Source: Spirochaetia bacterium
GTDB lineage: Bacteria; Spirochaetota; Spirochaetia; SZUA-6; Bin103
Direction: 5' to 3'
Assembly: GCA_965199955.1 (NCBI GenBank)
Contig: CBDATQ010000002.1
Span: 992,001-1,056,000 of the forward strand
Length of the DNA: 64,000 bases
Shown: one piece after another, positions 9,730-20,125 of the stretch
Layout of the letters: each line of letters begins with the position of its first letter
Numbering within the stretch: position 1 is the first letter of the stretch
The notes under the pieces: generated by a model
Seen by the model: the letters and a program-made list of their open reading frames with translations, nothing else
What the model was told of the DNA's origin: nothing
Databases searched by the model: none
Made by a program: the position numbers and the translations under genes

Positions 9730-10617
9730 ATGGAAGGACCGCGTACCGCCGATGTCGCGCGCATCGGCGATCTGACCGGCCGGCGTCCCGCCGGCTTTCG
9801 CCACGCTCCCGGCGGCTACACGCCCGCCGAGCGCTGGATCGTGACCCTGGAGGACGGCGCAAGGGTATTCGCGAAGATCGGCGTCGACGAGCTGACCGCG
9901 GGATGGCTCCGGGACGAGCAGCGGGTGTACGGGTGCATCGACGGCGACTTCATGCCGGAGGTGCTCGGCTGGGATGACGGCGAGCGCCCGCTGCTGCTGC
10001 TGGAGGATCTGAGCGGGTGCGGGTGGCCTCCTCCGTGGGACGACCGGCGGGTCGATCAGGTCCTCGATGCGCTCGCTCGGCTGCACGCGACCGATGGGGG
10101 GAGCGCGCTGACGCCGCTCGTCGTCGATGATCCGAGACTCTCCGTTTGTTGGCGGCGCGTCGCCGCTGAGCCGGCGGCGTTCCTGTCGCTGGGGCTGGCG
10201 ACCGAGCACTGGGTGCGCGACAGCGCGCCGGTGCTGGCGGCCGCCGCCGAGGGCGCGGAGCTCGACGGGCCGTGCCCGACGCACCTGGACGTACGCAGCG
10301 ACAACATCTGCTTTCGCGACGGACGCGCGCTGCTGGTCGACTGGAACCAGACAGTGCTGGCCCACCGGGAGGTGGACATCGCCTGCTGGCTGCCGAGCCT
10401 GCACGCCGAGGGCGGACCGGCTCCTGAGGAGATTCTGCCGCACGCGGGGCCGCTGGCGGCCGTGATCAGCGGATTCTTCGCCGAGCGGGCCGGCAAGCCG
10501 GTGATCCCGCCGGCTCCGCGGGTGCGGGTGGTTCAGAGGCAGCAGCTCCTCACGGCGCTGCCGTGGGCGGTCCGGGCGCTCGGGCTGCCGCCGCTCGACG
10601 GACCGGCGGCGGGGTAG
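9730..10617 (+). CDS. Aminoglycoside phosphotransferase (APH/choline kinase-like) family
   Basis: HLDVRSDN Brenner-like motif, LVDW. Confidence 0.8.
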   Translation: MEGPRTADVARIGDLTGRRPAGFRHAPGGYTPAERWIVTLEDGARVFAKIGVDELTAGWLRDEQRVYGCIDGDFMPEVLGWDDGERPLLLLEDLSGCGWPPPWDDRRVDQVLDALARLHATDGGSALTPLVVDDPRLSVCWRRVAAEPAAFLSLGLATEHWVRDSAPVLAAAAEGAELDGPCPTHLDVRSDNICFRDGRALLVDWNQTVLAHREVDIACWLPSLHAEGGPAPEEILPHAGPLAAVISGFFAERAGKPVIPPAPRVRVVQRQQLLTALPWAVRALGLPPLDGPAAG

Positions 10618-10627
10618 AGTAGCGGCC

Positions 10628-11065
10628 ATGGAACGCGTGGACACGCCTCCGGAGGAGTACTTGGCGTCGCTGCCGGCGGAAACGGGCGCCGATATGACGG
10701 CGCTGCACGAACGGATCAAGGCGGCGCTGCCCGGTCACTACCCCTGCCTGTGGGCGGGCGTCTTCTGGGGCGGCAGCGAGCAGACGATCATCGGCTACGG
10801 GGACATGTTGTACGTGCGCTCCGACAAGAAGCGCGTGGAGTGGTTCCTGGTCGGCCTGGCGCGGCAGAAGAACTACTACAGCGTGTACGTGAACGCGGCC
10901 GACGGCAGGCGCTATCTGGCCGAGGCGTACGCCGATCGGCTGGGCAAGGCGAAGGTGGGCAGGAGCAGCATCAGCTTCCGTACGCTCGCCGACGTCGATC
11001 TGGACGTGCTGAGCGAGCTGATCGAGCGAGCCGGGGAACTGTCGATGCCGGATGGCTCCACGTAG
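10628..11065 (+). CDS. DUF1801 (YdhG-like) protein
   Basis: IIGYG, GLARQKNYYSVY, GKAKVGRSSISF pattern. Confidence 0.75.
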   Translation: MERVDTPPEEYLASLPAETGADMTALHERIKAALPGHYPCLWAGVFWGGSEQTIIGYGDMLYVRSDKKRVEWFLVGLARQKNYYSVYVNAADGRRYLAEAYADRLGKAKVGRSSISFRTLADVDLDVLSELIERAGELSMPDGST

Positions 11066-11071
11066 TCGGCG

Positions 11072-11374
11072 CTACAACTCCTTCACCAGGTAGCAATGGA
11101 GCTCCTCGACCCTGTGCGGGTTGCCGTCGCCGTCCCAGTAGGTGTAGCCCGAAGTGAACGGTCCAAATGACGATTCGTCGAAGCCCAGCTTTCGGTACAG
11201 GACACGGGCGGCCTTCTGCTGCGGGTTGACGGCGGTGACTTCGAGCCCCACCTGGCCGACTCCCCGTTCACGGACGAGCTCCGCCGCCGCTTCCATGAGT
11301 TGCCGCCCGATCCCGCGCCCTCGTGCCCGTTCCAGAACCAGGAGATCGCCGATCTCGGCACATCCAAACGATGC
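11072..11374 (-). pseudogene. GNAT acetyltransferase, C-terminal half
   Basis: RARGRGIGRQLM acetyl-CoA motif A and ARVLYRKLGF; no start codon upstream of motif A. Confidence 0.65.
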
Positions 11375-11938
11375 TCATCTGGAGGAGTCTGGGGCCTTGA
11401 GCGGTGTCGGGATTCCCGCGGCGTGCAGCGCGGCGCGCCACTCGGCAAGCGCCGCCGAGCGGGATTCCCGCGTGTTCCAGTGCAGCGGCCGGGGGCTGGT
11501 CGACGGCAGCTCGGCGACTTCGGCCTGCAGCTCGCCGAAGTGCCGCCGCCACTCTCGCGCGCGGCGTCCGTTGAGCAGGATCGGAAACGGACCTCGTTCG
11601 GCCAGCAGCGCTCCCACCGCGTTGGGCTCGGCGTCCCGGATGCGGTCATCGCCCGACCCCTGCCGCCGCACGCGGGCGTACAGGTCCCAGATCGCCAGGC
11701 CTTGGCACCGCACCGCGGCGACACGCTCCGAGTACGGCGCAGCGTGATCGCCGGTCACACGGCAGTGGGCGAGCACGCGCCAGAACCGGTTCTGAGGGTG
11801 TCCGTAATACTGCCGGGTCTCCAGGGACGCGACGCTCGGAAAGGAGCCGAGCACCAACGCACGGATCGGACCGTCGGGAAGGACGGGCGGCACCCCCTCC
11901 AGTAGCGGCCGGGCCGTCGTGTCGAAGTGCTCCTTCAT
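11375..11938 (-). CDS. DNA-deoxyinosine (hypoxanthine) glycosylase, UDG family 6
   Basis: LGSFPSVASL..QYYGHPQNRFW, LPSTSP motifs. Confidence 0.85.
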   Translation of the reverse strand: MKEHFDTTARPLLEGVPPVLPDGPIRALVLGSFPSVASLETRQYYGHPQNRFWRVLAHCRVTGDHAAPYSERVAAVRCQGLAIWDLYARVRRQGSGDDRIRDAEPNAVGALLAERGPFPILLNGRRAREWRRHFGELQAEVAELPSTSPRPLHWNTRESRSAALAEWRAALHAAGIPTPLKAPDSSR

Positions 11939-12010
11939 GGGTCTTCGTGCCGATGGCGATGATGAGCTCGACAGAGCAATCTCAGGTTTTCAGGATCGGT
12001 GCCTGAGCTT
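11935..12010 (-). pseudogene. HNH endonuclease C-terminal relic
   Basis: GTDPENLRLLCRAHHRHRH matches the NL-x-LLC-xx-HH end of HNH domains. Confidence 0.55.
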
Positions 12011-12229
12011 CCGGGAGGCCGGAAGGGGGCCGTTCGTGCGGTGGCGTGCCATCTCGCAGGCCCATAGCCCCCGTCAAGACCCTGCGGCAAGAATCCTCGA
12101 TCTTTTCTTGCGGCGCGCCGATGCCGGGGGACCGATCGACCTAGCCGCCGCCTCACGCCCCCTCTCATCCACACGAACCCGGAGGCGTGCCGCATCGTGC
12201 GACGGCAAGGGAGGAACGAGCGCAACCCT

Positions 12230-12868
12230 CTACGAACACCTGACAGCGCCGGGGAGGTAGCGGGTGATGAAGCGGACGATCCGGCGCGACCGCTCGCCGA
12301 GCCGGATCGCGTGTTGGGCCGGCGTCATCTCGGCGAAGTACACGCCGGTGGCCGGATCGATCTGTAGAGACTGCAGCGGGTGACCCCCAACCCGCGCCCG
12401 GCTCGGCGAGGAGACGAACGCCGTCCGGTTCGTCAGGAGTTCGGAGTACACATGGTCTGGGTCGGGCGCCAAGGCGATGCCGAGGGTCCATTCGCCGGCA
12501 GCGCGGCCTCCCAGATTCTCCAAGAGCGCACTGTAATGGTCGACCATCTCTGCATCGGTCGCCGATTCCGCGCCGCCGATGCGGCGCACGTGAACGCCGG
12601 GTTGTCGCTCGGCCGGCAGCCCCTCGATCCGCAGCGCTGCATCGAGGGAGAACGTCGGGATACCTGACGCTGCGAAGTACGCCAGCGCCTTGATCCGGGC
12701 GTTCTCCTCAGCGGTATCCGCCGACTCGACGGCGTCGACGGTGAGTCCCAACTGGACCGGGTCGTAGATCTCCAGGGGCAGATGGCCAAGCATGGCGCGC
12801 CAGTCCGCGACCTTGCCGGGATTCGAGGTTCCCAACAGCAGCCGGGCGACGCTGCCCGCGTGCGTCAC
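12230..12868 (-). CDS. Ham1/RdgB-family non-canonical purine NTP pyrophosphatase
   Basis: LLLGTSNPGK, ESADTAEENARIKA, PGVHVRR; GTG overlaps radC stop. Confidence 0.8.
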   Translation of the reverse strand: MTHAGSVARLLLGTSNPGKVADWRAMLGHLPLEIYDPVQLGLTVDAVESADTAEENARIKALAYFAASGIPTFSLDAALRIEGLPAERQPGVHVRRIGGAESATDAEMVDHYSALLENLGGRAAGEWTLGIALAPDPDHVYSELLTNRTAFVSSPSRARVGGHPLQSLQIDPATGVYFAEMTPAQHAIRLGERSRRIVRFITRYLPGAVRCS

Positions 12869-13602
12869 AGGCCGCCAGCGCCGTCGAACCCCAGTCCGCG
12901 CTGCTTCATGCTCACGAATCCGCGCGCCCCGATCACCACGTGATCCAGCAGCGCGATGTCCAGCAGCTCCGCGCTCTCGCGAATGCGGCGGGTGACCGAC
13001 GTGTCTTCCGGGCTCGGGGTGGGGTCCCCGGACGGATGGTTGTGGACCACGATGACGTTCGGGCAGTTCTCGCGGATGGCGGGCCGCAGCACCTCCGCGA
13101 CGCGGACCGAGGCCGCGCACACGGTTCCCTGGTAGACCTCTCGCACGAGCAACACTTCATGCTTGGTGTTGAGCAGCAGAACGCGGAGCTGCTCCTGTTC
13201 AAGGTGCGCCATCTGTGCCCGCAGCAGATGGTACACGTCTTCCGGGTCCCGGATCGCCGGACGGTCGGCGGGCGCGGGGCCGGCCGCTCGACGGCCCAGC
13301 TCCAGCGCCGCCAGCACCTGGCACGCCTTCGCCTCGCTCACGCCGTCGAGCGCGCATAGCTCCGCGAACGACGCTCGCGAGAGCCCGGCCAGGCCGTCGA
13401 ACTCGGACAGCAGCCGCGCGGAAAGCTGCATGACGCTCTGTCCGGTGATCCCGGTGCGCAGCAGGATGGCGATCAGCTCCAGGTTGGAGAGCTGGCCGGC
13501 CCCCGACAGGCGCAGGCGTTCCCGTGGCCGCTCGTGCGCCGGCAGGTCGCGGATCGTGAGAGTTCGGGCGGACATGCCGTTGGCGTGGTCGCACTGTTCC
13601 AT
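12865..13602 (-). CDS. radC: RadC (JAB domain) protein
   Basis: ERPRERL, ELIAILLRTG, VHNHPSGDPTPSPED, LLDHVVIG. Confidence 0.95.
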   Translation of the reverse strand: MEQCDHANGMSARTLTIRDLPAHERPRERLRLSGAGQLSNLELIAILLRTGITGQSVMQLSARLLSEFDGLAGLSRASFAELCALDGVSEAKACQVLAALELGRRAAGPAPADRPAIRDPEDVYHLLRAQMAHLEQEQLRVLLLNTKHEVLLVREVYQGTVCAASVRVAEVLRPAIRENCPNVIVVHNHPSGDPTPSPEDTSVTRRIRESAELLDIALLDHVVIGARGFVSMKQRGLGFDGAGGL

Positions 13603-13743
13603 TCACACCCATACACGGGGTCCGCGGCGGTGGCGCTTCATCTCACCGAGGGATCGAGGGTCTCCGTTTGCCGGCCGAAATGTGCGAACGGGCCACGAGA
13701 TGACGAGTGCCCAGGAGGAGCCGGACGTGACTGCCCGCCCGTG

Positions 13744-14238
13744 TCACGGAGGCGGCGTCTCGCGTTCGTCGCGGATTATGTAGAGCGGCGCGTTCGGCAG
13801 GGTGCGGATGTGCTCCGGCAGAAACGTCGGCTTGAGATTCGCATGCTTCAGGTCATCTATGGAGATCCATTCGAGGACGATGCTCGACTCGGCACCTTCG
13901 AACTTGCCGTCACGGCCGAGGATCGGTGAGTCGTCGTTCAGCTTGATCAAGAAATAGAGATTCACCTCCTGATAGCGCCTCCCGTCGAGCTCGAAGAGGT
14001 TGTCGGCGGCGATAAGCAGCCGGCCGACCGTTGCCGGTTCCCCCAGTTCCTCGGTCGCCTCCCGTCGCAACGCTTCGATGGCGCTCTCGCCGAACTCCAC
14101 GCGGCCGCCGGGCACGAAGCAGAAGCCCTTTCCGACGGCGTGCTCTACCAGGATCCGTCCATCGTCGATGGCGATCCCGCCGACCCGGTACATGAAGGTC
14201 AGGCCGTCGTGGGCGAACATGATCATGCGGTCGTCCAT
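13744..14238 (-). CDS. Nudix hydrolase
   Basis: Nudix box PGGRVEFGESAIEALRREATEELG. Confidence 0.9.
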   Translation of the reverse strand: MDDRMIMFAHDGLTFMYRVGGIAIDDGRILVEHAVGKGFCFVPGGRVEFGESAIEALRREATEELGEPATVGRLLIAADNLFELDGRRYQEVNLYFLIKLNDDSPILGRDGKFEGAESSIVLEWISIDDLKHANLKPTFLPEHIRTLPNAPLYIIRDERETPPP

Positions 14239-14239
14239 C

Positions 14240-14605
14240 GGCGTCGGGCTCAACCACCCGGCGGCCGGTAGTGCAGGCGGTCCTCCTCGCGCCGGGCCAA
14301 CTCGCCGGGATACGATGCCTCCACCTCGGCCCGGGTCAGGCCTTCCCAGCGGCCGATGTCGGACTCGGCCAAGTCGGCGTCGACTTCCCCCACCAGGCCG
14401 AGGGCACGCTCCGCCACGCTCGCCGTGGCCCGCGCGCGCCCGAGGGGGCTGCACAGCAGGCGCTGGACCCCTCGGCCGCACGTCGTCTCCGCGGTCGAGC
14501 GCGCCTGCGCCCGGCCCCTGTCGGTGAGCGGCGAATCGAGCCGGCCCTGGTACCGCCCCTCGGCGTTCCAGACCGTCTCCCGTGGCGGGCCAGATAGACG
14601 GTCAC
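14240..14605 (-). pseudogene. Histidine phosphatase (phosphoglycerate mutase family), frameshifted and truncated
   Basis: MTVYLARHG then 1-nt loss in a G run before ETVWNAEGRYQGRLDSPLT..SPLGRARAT; C-terminal half missing. Confidence 0.75.
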
Positions 14606-14608
14606 GGA

Positions 14609-16498
14609 TCAGGCGAAGTCCAGATTCCCGGTGATCCGCGTGCCGTCGCGCGCGAACTCCTCCACGTAGCGCCGGATGCGCTCGCGTGCCTCGGCCAGGT
14701 CGTGGTTGTTCAGGTTCAGGTTGAGCAAGTCGATGTACCAGGGCGCCTTGAGCGGGCTGCCGACGTAGGTGTCGGCGATCTCGCGCGCGATCGGCAGCGT
14801 GGTGATCTTCGAGTCCTCGTGCACGTCGCGGTCGGCCGCCGCGAGCAGCTTCGCGTACTCCTCGCCCAGCAGGCGGGCGAACATGCGGGCGTCGAAGCGC
14901 GTGCCGGCGTCCACGCCCAGCTCCGGGTCGTCATCGGTCAGCGCCGCCCCCTTGTGCAGCCACTCCCACAGGATGCTCAGGCGGATCTCGCCGGTGGCCA
15001 TGTCCTCCATCAGGTAGAGCACGTCGTCGTCGCCGAAGTGGTCGGCCGGTTTCAGCGCCGCCGCCTGCATGCCCTGGCCGAAGGCGTTGCCGTACTGCAG
15101 GGCGACGCTCAACAGGTCGCGCGCGCCGCGGATCGTGCGCGGCGCGGGTTCCAGCTCCAGCAGGCCGTCGGCGTCCGCGCCGGTGTAGGTGAGCGCCGGG
15201 AAGTCCCGCCCGAGCTGGTTGGGCTCGCCGGCACGCTCCCAGACCGGCCGCACGATGTGCACCATCTTCCAGTGGGCGACCCACTTGCCGCTGGCGCCGG
15301 CCTGCTGCTCGCGCTCCGCGCCGGCCACCGCCCTGGCCATCGACGCCTCCACCCCGTCCGCCGAGCCGACCGGGATGTTGGGCTCCATGCCGCCCTGCCA
15401 GAGGGCACATCCTCCGGCCGCGTCCGCGGTGTTCACGGCGCGCCGCACGCGGTCCTCGTAGGCGTGCATGTAGCCGTAGGTCATGGTGATCGCGTCGATG
15501 TTGGGATTGACGAAGCGGTCGTCCCAGGCCATCGCGTCGGCGACGCTGTTGATGTAGTCCCAGCGGCCGGTGTTGAAGCCGACGAAGCGCTCGCCGAGCG
15601 CCGCCCGGATCTCCATCAACTGAAACGAGGCTTCGAGCTGCTCCACCAGGACATAGGTTTTCACGGTGCCGGCGGGCAGCCCCAGGTGGCCCTCCAGCGT
15701 GCCGAGCAGCCGGTGCCAGAAGGCCGCCTCCTCCGCGGTCTGAATCTTGGGCAGATAGAGGACGACGGAAGCGCCGCGCGCGCGCAGAGGCGCGTGGTTG
15801 GCCGCCACGTACAGCACGGCGTCGACGATCGAGGCCGACAGGCCGGTGCCGTCCGCCATGCGTACGTGGCGGTCGTCCAGGTGCAGGCCGCGCGCCCGGA
15901 AGATGATGGTGGTGAAGTCGAGCTGCGCGCGCCAGTCGTCGATGACCGAACGCTGCAGGAAGCCCGCCGACCAGGCGTTCATCTCGCCGGCGACGCCCTC
16001 GGCGGCAGCGACGAATTCCGGCGCGCGCGCGATGCCCAGCCGCAGGTTGCGCTGGTTTTCCAGCGACATGGTCGTCACCTGCCCCAGGGCGTCCTCGCCG
16101 TCGAACATCCAGCCGTCGGCGCCGGACAGCAGCGCGTAGGCGACGTTGCGAATGCTGCGCGGCAGGGGCGCGCCGGGCTTGGCTCCCGGCCCGGTGCCCT
16201 GGATCCACTGCCGCTGCAGGTCGTCAGGGATGGCGCTGCCGGTGAACCGCCCGGCGCGGGCGTCCGCGACCGTGAGGTCCGTGCCGGCGATCGTGGCGCC
16301 GGCCGGCAGGAAGTCGATGCGGCGCCGTTCCCGCGCCCGCTCGGCGCGGCGGGCGATGCGCCGGCGCATCAGTTCGAGGCGCGGCTCGTTGAGCTCGGCC
16401 AGGGCGGCGATGGCGTCGAGCGCCGTGTCGCTGTAGACGTCGTCGTACTGCCGCGCCAGATCGCCGCGGATCTGCACGGTTCGGTTCAAGGAGGCCAT
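14609..16498 (-). CDS. Malate synthase
   Basis: DGEDA, LYLPKIQ, GFNTGRWDYINS, GKWVAH, LMEDMATGEIR. Confidence 0.9.
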   Translation of the reverse strand: MASLNRTVQIRGDLARQYDDVYSDTALDAIAALAELNEPRLELMRRRIARRAERARERRRIDFLPAGATIAGTDLTVADARAGRFTGSAIPDDLQRQWIQGTGPGAKPGAPLPRSIRNVAYALLSGADGWMFDGEDALGQVTTMSLENQRNLRLGIARAPEFVAAAEGVAGEMNAWSAGFLQRSVIDDWRAQLDFTTIIFRARGLHLDDRHVRMADGTGLSASIVDAVLYVAANHAPLRARGASVVLYLPKIQTAEEAAFWHRLLGTLEGHLGLPAGTVKTYVLVEQLEASFQLMEIRAALGERFVGFNTGRWDYINSVADAMAWDDRFVNPNIDAITMTYGYMHAYEDRVRRAVNTADAAGGCALWQGGMEPNIPVGSADGVEASMARAVAGAEREQQAGASGKWVAHWKMVHIVRPVWERAGEPNQLGRDFPALTYTGADADGLLELEPAPRTIRGARDLLSVALQYGNAFGQGMQAAALKPADHFGDDDVLYLMEDMATGEIRLSILWEWLHKGAALTDDDPELGVDAGTRFDARMFARLLGEEYAKLLAAADRDVHEDSKITTLPIAREIADTYVGSPLKAPWYIDLLNLNLNNHDLAEARERIRRYVEEFARDGTRITGNLDFA

Positions 16499-16535
16499 GG
16501 AGGCGGTATAGTAGCGCCTGAGCGCGACGCCCGCA

Positions 16536-18014
16536 GTGCCAGAATCCCACGCCGTCCCACCCGCCAACCTGCTGTTCATCCTCTCCGACCAGCACAACCT
16601 GCGCGGCACCGGCTGCTACGGCGGCGACGGCATCACCCCCAACCTGGACCGGCTGGCCGCCGGCGGCACCCGGTTCACCTCCGCTTACACCAACTGCCCG
16701 CTGTGCGTTCCGGCGCGCGCCTCGCTCGCCACCGGCCGCTACGTGCACGACATCGCCTACTGGGACAACGCCCACGGATACGACGGCCGCGTGCCGAGCT
16801 GGGGCCACCACCTGGCCCGGCGCGGAATGACCTGCGACTCGATCGGCAAGCTGCACTTCCGCGGCGGCGACGACAACGGCTTCGCGCGCGAGATCGAGCC
16901 CCTGCACGTGGTGGACGGGGAGGGCGACGTGCTCGGCTGCCTGCGCGAGGACCCACCGGTACGCAACGCGCGCGCCGGCGTACTGGACGCCGGCCCCGGA
17001 GAGTCGAGCTATCTGGCTTACGACGTCCGCAACGCCGACAACGCCATCGAATGGCTGCACGCCCATGCCGGCGACCGCCGTCCGTGGGTGCTGTTCGTGG
17101 GGTTCGTCTGCCCGCATCCGCCCTACGTCGGGCCTCCGCAACACTTCGAGCGCTATGACCCCGGCGCGATCCGGCCGATGCCGCAGGAGGACCCGGCCGA
17201 CTGGCCCGACCACCCGGCGATCGACGGGGTGCGCGACGTCCTGAAACTGAACGAACCGCTGTCCGTGGAGCAACTCTCGATCTACCGGCGGGCGTACCTG
17301 GCCGCCTGCACCCACCTGGACGAACAGATCGGCCGCGTTCTGGCCGCGCTCGACGACTGCGGCGTCAAGGACCGCACGCGCGTCCTCTACACGTCCGACC
17401 ACGGCGAGTCGATGGGCGCGCGCGGGCTGACCGGCAAGCTGACCATGTACGACGAGTCGGCCGCCGTGCCGCTGATCATGGCCGGCCCCGACGTGCCCGC
17501 CGGCCGCACCGTCTCCACCCCGGTGAGCCTGGTCGACTGCTTCCCCACCGTCCTCAGCGCGACCGGTTGCCCGCTCGCGGACGAGTGGCGCTCCGACGAG
17601 CCGCTGCCGGGAGAAGACCTCCTCGCCATGGCCGCCGCCGAGGACCGCGACCGGACGGTGTTCGCCGAGCACCACGCCGTGGGCTTTCGCCGCGCGGTCT
17701 ACCTGCTGCGCGACCGCCGCTTCAAATACGTCCACTACATGGGGATGAGGCCGCAGCTCTTCGACCTGGCCGCCGACCCGGACGAGGTCGACGACCTGGC
17801 CGGCCGGCCCGAGCACGCCGAGACCGTACGCGCGTTCAAGCGGCGGTTGCGCGCCATCGTCGACCCGGAGGAGGCCGACGCGCGCGCGCATGCCGACCAG
17901 CGGAGCAAGGTCGCGGACGCGGGCGGGCGGGCGGCCGTGATCGCGCGCGGCACTTTCGCCAACTCGCCGACCCCGGACGAGGCGCCCACGTGGGAGCGGC
18001 CGGTCGCCGGCTGA
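16536..18014 (+). CDS. Sulfatase (choline-sulfatase-like)
   Basis: ILSDQH, CPLCVPARAS (CxPxR), GKLH, SDHG. Confidence 0.9.
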   Translation: MPESHAVPPANLLFILSDQHNLRGTGCYGGDGITPNLDRLAAGGTRFTSAYTNCPLCVPARASLATGRYVHDIAYWDNAHGYDGRVPSWGHHLARRGMTCDSIGKLHFRGGDDNGFAREIEPLHVVDGEGDVLGCLREDPPVRNARAGVLDAGPGESSYLAYDVRNADNAIEWLHAHAGDRRPWVLFVGFVCPHPPYVGPPQHFERYDPGAIRPMPQEDPADWPDHPAIDGVRDVLKLNEPLSVEQLSIYRRAYLAACTHLDEQIGRVLAALDDCGVKDRTRVLYTSDHGESMGARGLTGKLTMYDESAAVPLIMAGPDVPAGRTVSTPVSLVDCFPTVLSATGCPLADEWRSDEPLPGEDLLAMAAAEDRDRTVFAEHHAVGFRRAVYLLRDRRFKYVHYMGMRPQLFDLAADPDEVDDLAGRPEHAETVRAFKRRLRAIVDPEEADARAHADQRSKVADAGGRAAVIARGTFANSPTPDEAPTWERPVAG

Positions 18015-18046
18015 TCGGGTACAGTCGGGCAGGAGGCGGACATCGC

Positions 18047-19063
18047 ATGGAGCTGCACGAGGTCGCCGACAGGGAGTTCGCGCGCAAGGGATTCATGGTG
18101 GTGCGGGCAGCCTTCAAATCCTCCGAGGTGGCGGAGCTCCACGAGCGCGCCGACGCGATCGTGGCCGACCACGACGCCTACCAGCGCCGCTACCGGGAGG
18201 AGACCGAGCGGATCGAGGCCGAGCATCCGATGCCGGGCGCACCGGACCCGACGGCGCAATTCAACGAGGTCCGCCGCTGGCTCCCCGACTTTCCCGAGAT
18301 CGAGGTCTCCCGTCGCCATCTGCGGCGCCAGAACCGGATCTACCCGAAGCGCCGCCGGCCTGTCGATCCGGCCGAGCGCCGGCAGGCCGTAGCGAACGGG
18401 ACCGCCTGGGCTGCCTTCTCCGGCCAGATCAACGGGCTGGCCGACTGCGACGAAACATTCGCCCGGGCGGCCGTCCATCCCCGCATCTCCGAGGTGCTCG
18501 GAGAGGTGCTGGCCCCCGACGCCAGGCTCTGGTTCGACCACATCTTCGCCAAGGGCGCCCTCAACGACGACCCGCCCTACCACGGCGCCAACCGCTTCCA
18601 CCAGGACGGCTTCTTCCAGTTCGACCGCCGCACCGTGACGTGCTGGCTCGCCCTGGACGCGGTGACCGAGGAGAACGGGCCGTTCCACTACATCCCGCTG
18701 GACGCCGGGCCGGAGGCCGCCGGCTACGGCCGCTTCGACTTCGATGACCTGGGGCCGGAGGGGCTCTCGCGAGAGCTGCTGGACGCGGCGGAGATCGTCA
18801 CGCTCGAGCCCGGCGACCTGGCCGTGCACGACCGCTGGGTCCTGCACGCCACCGGCCCCAACGAGAGCGCCGAGCCCAGATGCGGCTGGGCGCTGCACTA
18901 CATCGACGCTCGCGCCCGCTTGGGCGAGTTCGACCGCCCCCGTCCCGACGCGACCCGCTTCGCGAAGGTCACGGCGGAGGGCTACCACATTCGCAACGGC
19001 AAGCTGACCGGCAACCGCGCGTGGCCGCTAGTGTGCGGGCAGGCCGTGCCAGGAGGAATCTGA
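18047..19063 (+). CDS. PhyH family Fe/2OG dioxygenase
   Basis: [34 protein letters not shown]. Confidence 0.85.
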   Translation: MELHEVADREFARKGFMVVRAAFKSSEVAELHERADAIVADHDAYQRRYREETERIEAEHPMPGAPDPTAQFNEVRRWLPDFPEIEVSRRHLRRQNRIYPKRRRPVDPAERRQAVANGTAWAAFSGQINGLADCDETFARAAVHPRISEVLGEVLAPDARLWFDHIFAKGALNDDPPYHGANRFHQDGFFQFDRRTVTCWLALDAVTEENGPFHYIPLDAGPEAAGYGRFDFDDLGPEGLSRELLDAAEIVTLEPGDLAVHDRWVLHATGPNESAEPRCGWALHYIDARARLGEFDRPRPDATRFAKVTAEGYHIRNGKLTGNRAWPLVCGQAVPGGI

Positions 19064-19067
19064 AACC

Positions 19068-19859
19068 ATGAGCGTACGCGTCACCGTCTGGAACGAGTTC
19101 GTCCACGAGCACGACAACGAGTTCGTCCGCAGCATCTACCCCGACGGCATCCACGAGCAGATCGCCGGCCACCTGCGTGCGCAGGACGGGCTGGAGGTGC
19201 GCACCGCCACCCTCGACCAGCCCGATCACGGGCTCACGGAGGAGGTGCTGGACACCACCGACGTGCTCATCTGGTGGGGGCACGCCGCCCACGCCAAGGT
19301 GCGCGACGACATCGTCGACCGCGTGCAGGAACGGGTCCTGCGCGGCATGGGGCTGATCGTCCTGCACTCCGGCCACTACTCGAAGATCTTCAAGCGCCTC
19401 ATGGGCACCACCTGCAGCCTGACGTGGCGGGAGGCGGCCGAGCGCGAGCGGCTGTGGGTGGTGAGCCCCAACCACCCGATCACCCGCGGCTGCGGGCGCT
19501 TCATCGAGATCCCCAACGCGGAGATGTACGGCGAGTTCTTCGACATCCCCGATCCGGACGAGCTGTTGTTCGTGAGCTGGTTCGAGGGAGGCGAGGTGTT
19601 CCGCAGCGGCGCGGTCTGGCACCGTGGCCAGGGCCGCGTCTTCTACTTCCGGCCCGGCCACGAGACCTTTCCCATCTTCCATCACCCGGGCGTCCTGCAC
19701 GTCCTGACCAACGGCGTGCGCTGGTGCGCCTTTTCCGGCAACGACCAGATGGTGACCATCGTCGGGACGCCGAATGAGAAGGAGCCGTTCGAGGCGCTCT
19801 CCCCCAAGGATTACGTCATGGGCGAGCTCGAGCACCCGCCAGAGTCCGGCGCGAGATAG
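19068..19859 (+). CDS. thuA: ThuA-like (trehalose utilisation) protein
   Basis: [36 protein letters not shown]. Confidence 0.9.
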   Translation: MSVRVTVWNEFVHEHDNEFVRSIYPDGIHEQIAGHLRAQDGLEVRTATLDQPDHGLTEEVLDTTDVLIWWGHAAHAKVRDDIVDRVQERVLRGMGLIVLHSGHYSKIFKRLMGTTCSLTWREAAERERLWVVSPNHPITRGCGRFIEIPNAEMYGEFFDIPDPDELLFVSWFEGGEVFRSGAVWHRGQGRVFYFRPGHETFPIFHHPGVLHVLTNGVRWCAFSGNDQMVTIVGTPNEKEPFEALSPKDYVMGELEHPPESGAR

Positions 19860-19969
19860 CCCCACCGTGTCGGACACGCTGTGGACTCACGGCGTCGGAC
19901 GGCGGCGAGCTGCAGGCGCCGGGCGAACGGGCCTGGCTGTGCTACGGCACTGACAAACTGCCCATTCTG

Positions 19970-20001
19970 TTGACGATTACTTGCAAGTGATGGTCTAGTC
20001 T
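19970..20001 (+). promoter_or_regulatory. Candidate promoter with palindromic operator in a long spacer
   Basis: TTGACG - 20 nt - TAGTCT with near-perfect palindrome ATTACTTGCAAGTGAT (19976-19991). Confidence 0.35.
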
Positions 20002-20125
20002 CGTCGGACGGTCTGGGATCGTGACCGAGGGTTACCGCAGGTCGCGTCGAGCGTCGCCCGGAGGCACCCGGCGGTGAAGTCCCGGAGAAGCAGCCCGCAT
20101 TACGCCCCTGCCGGAGGAGAAGAGA

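Noticed and set aside
11072..11938. Glycosylase and GNAT half are in the same frame, separated by one TGA (possible read-through or selenocysteine fusion)
   Set aside because: The glycosylase is complete, the GNAT lacks its N-terminal half, and no SECIS-like stem was evident. A deletion junction lands in frame one time in three.
13603..13743. LexA/SOS box upstream of radC
   Set aside because: No convincing GAAC-N4-GTTC or CTGT-N8-ACAG dyad was found.
14582..17158. Very long antisense or alternative-frame ORFs (e.g. 858 aa here; also 23240-25369, 33514-35400, 53012-54964)
   Set aside because: Shadow ORFs of high-GC genes, with no recognisable motifs.
20040..20110. GGTGAAGTCCCGG..GCAGCCCGC resembling a cobalamin riboswitch core
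   Set aside because: Lacks the AGGGAA and GCCACTG/B12-box elements.
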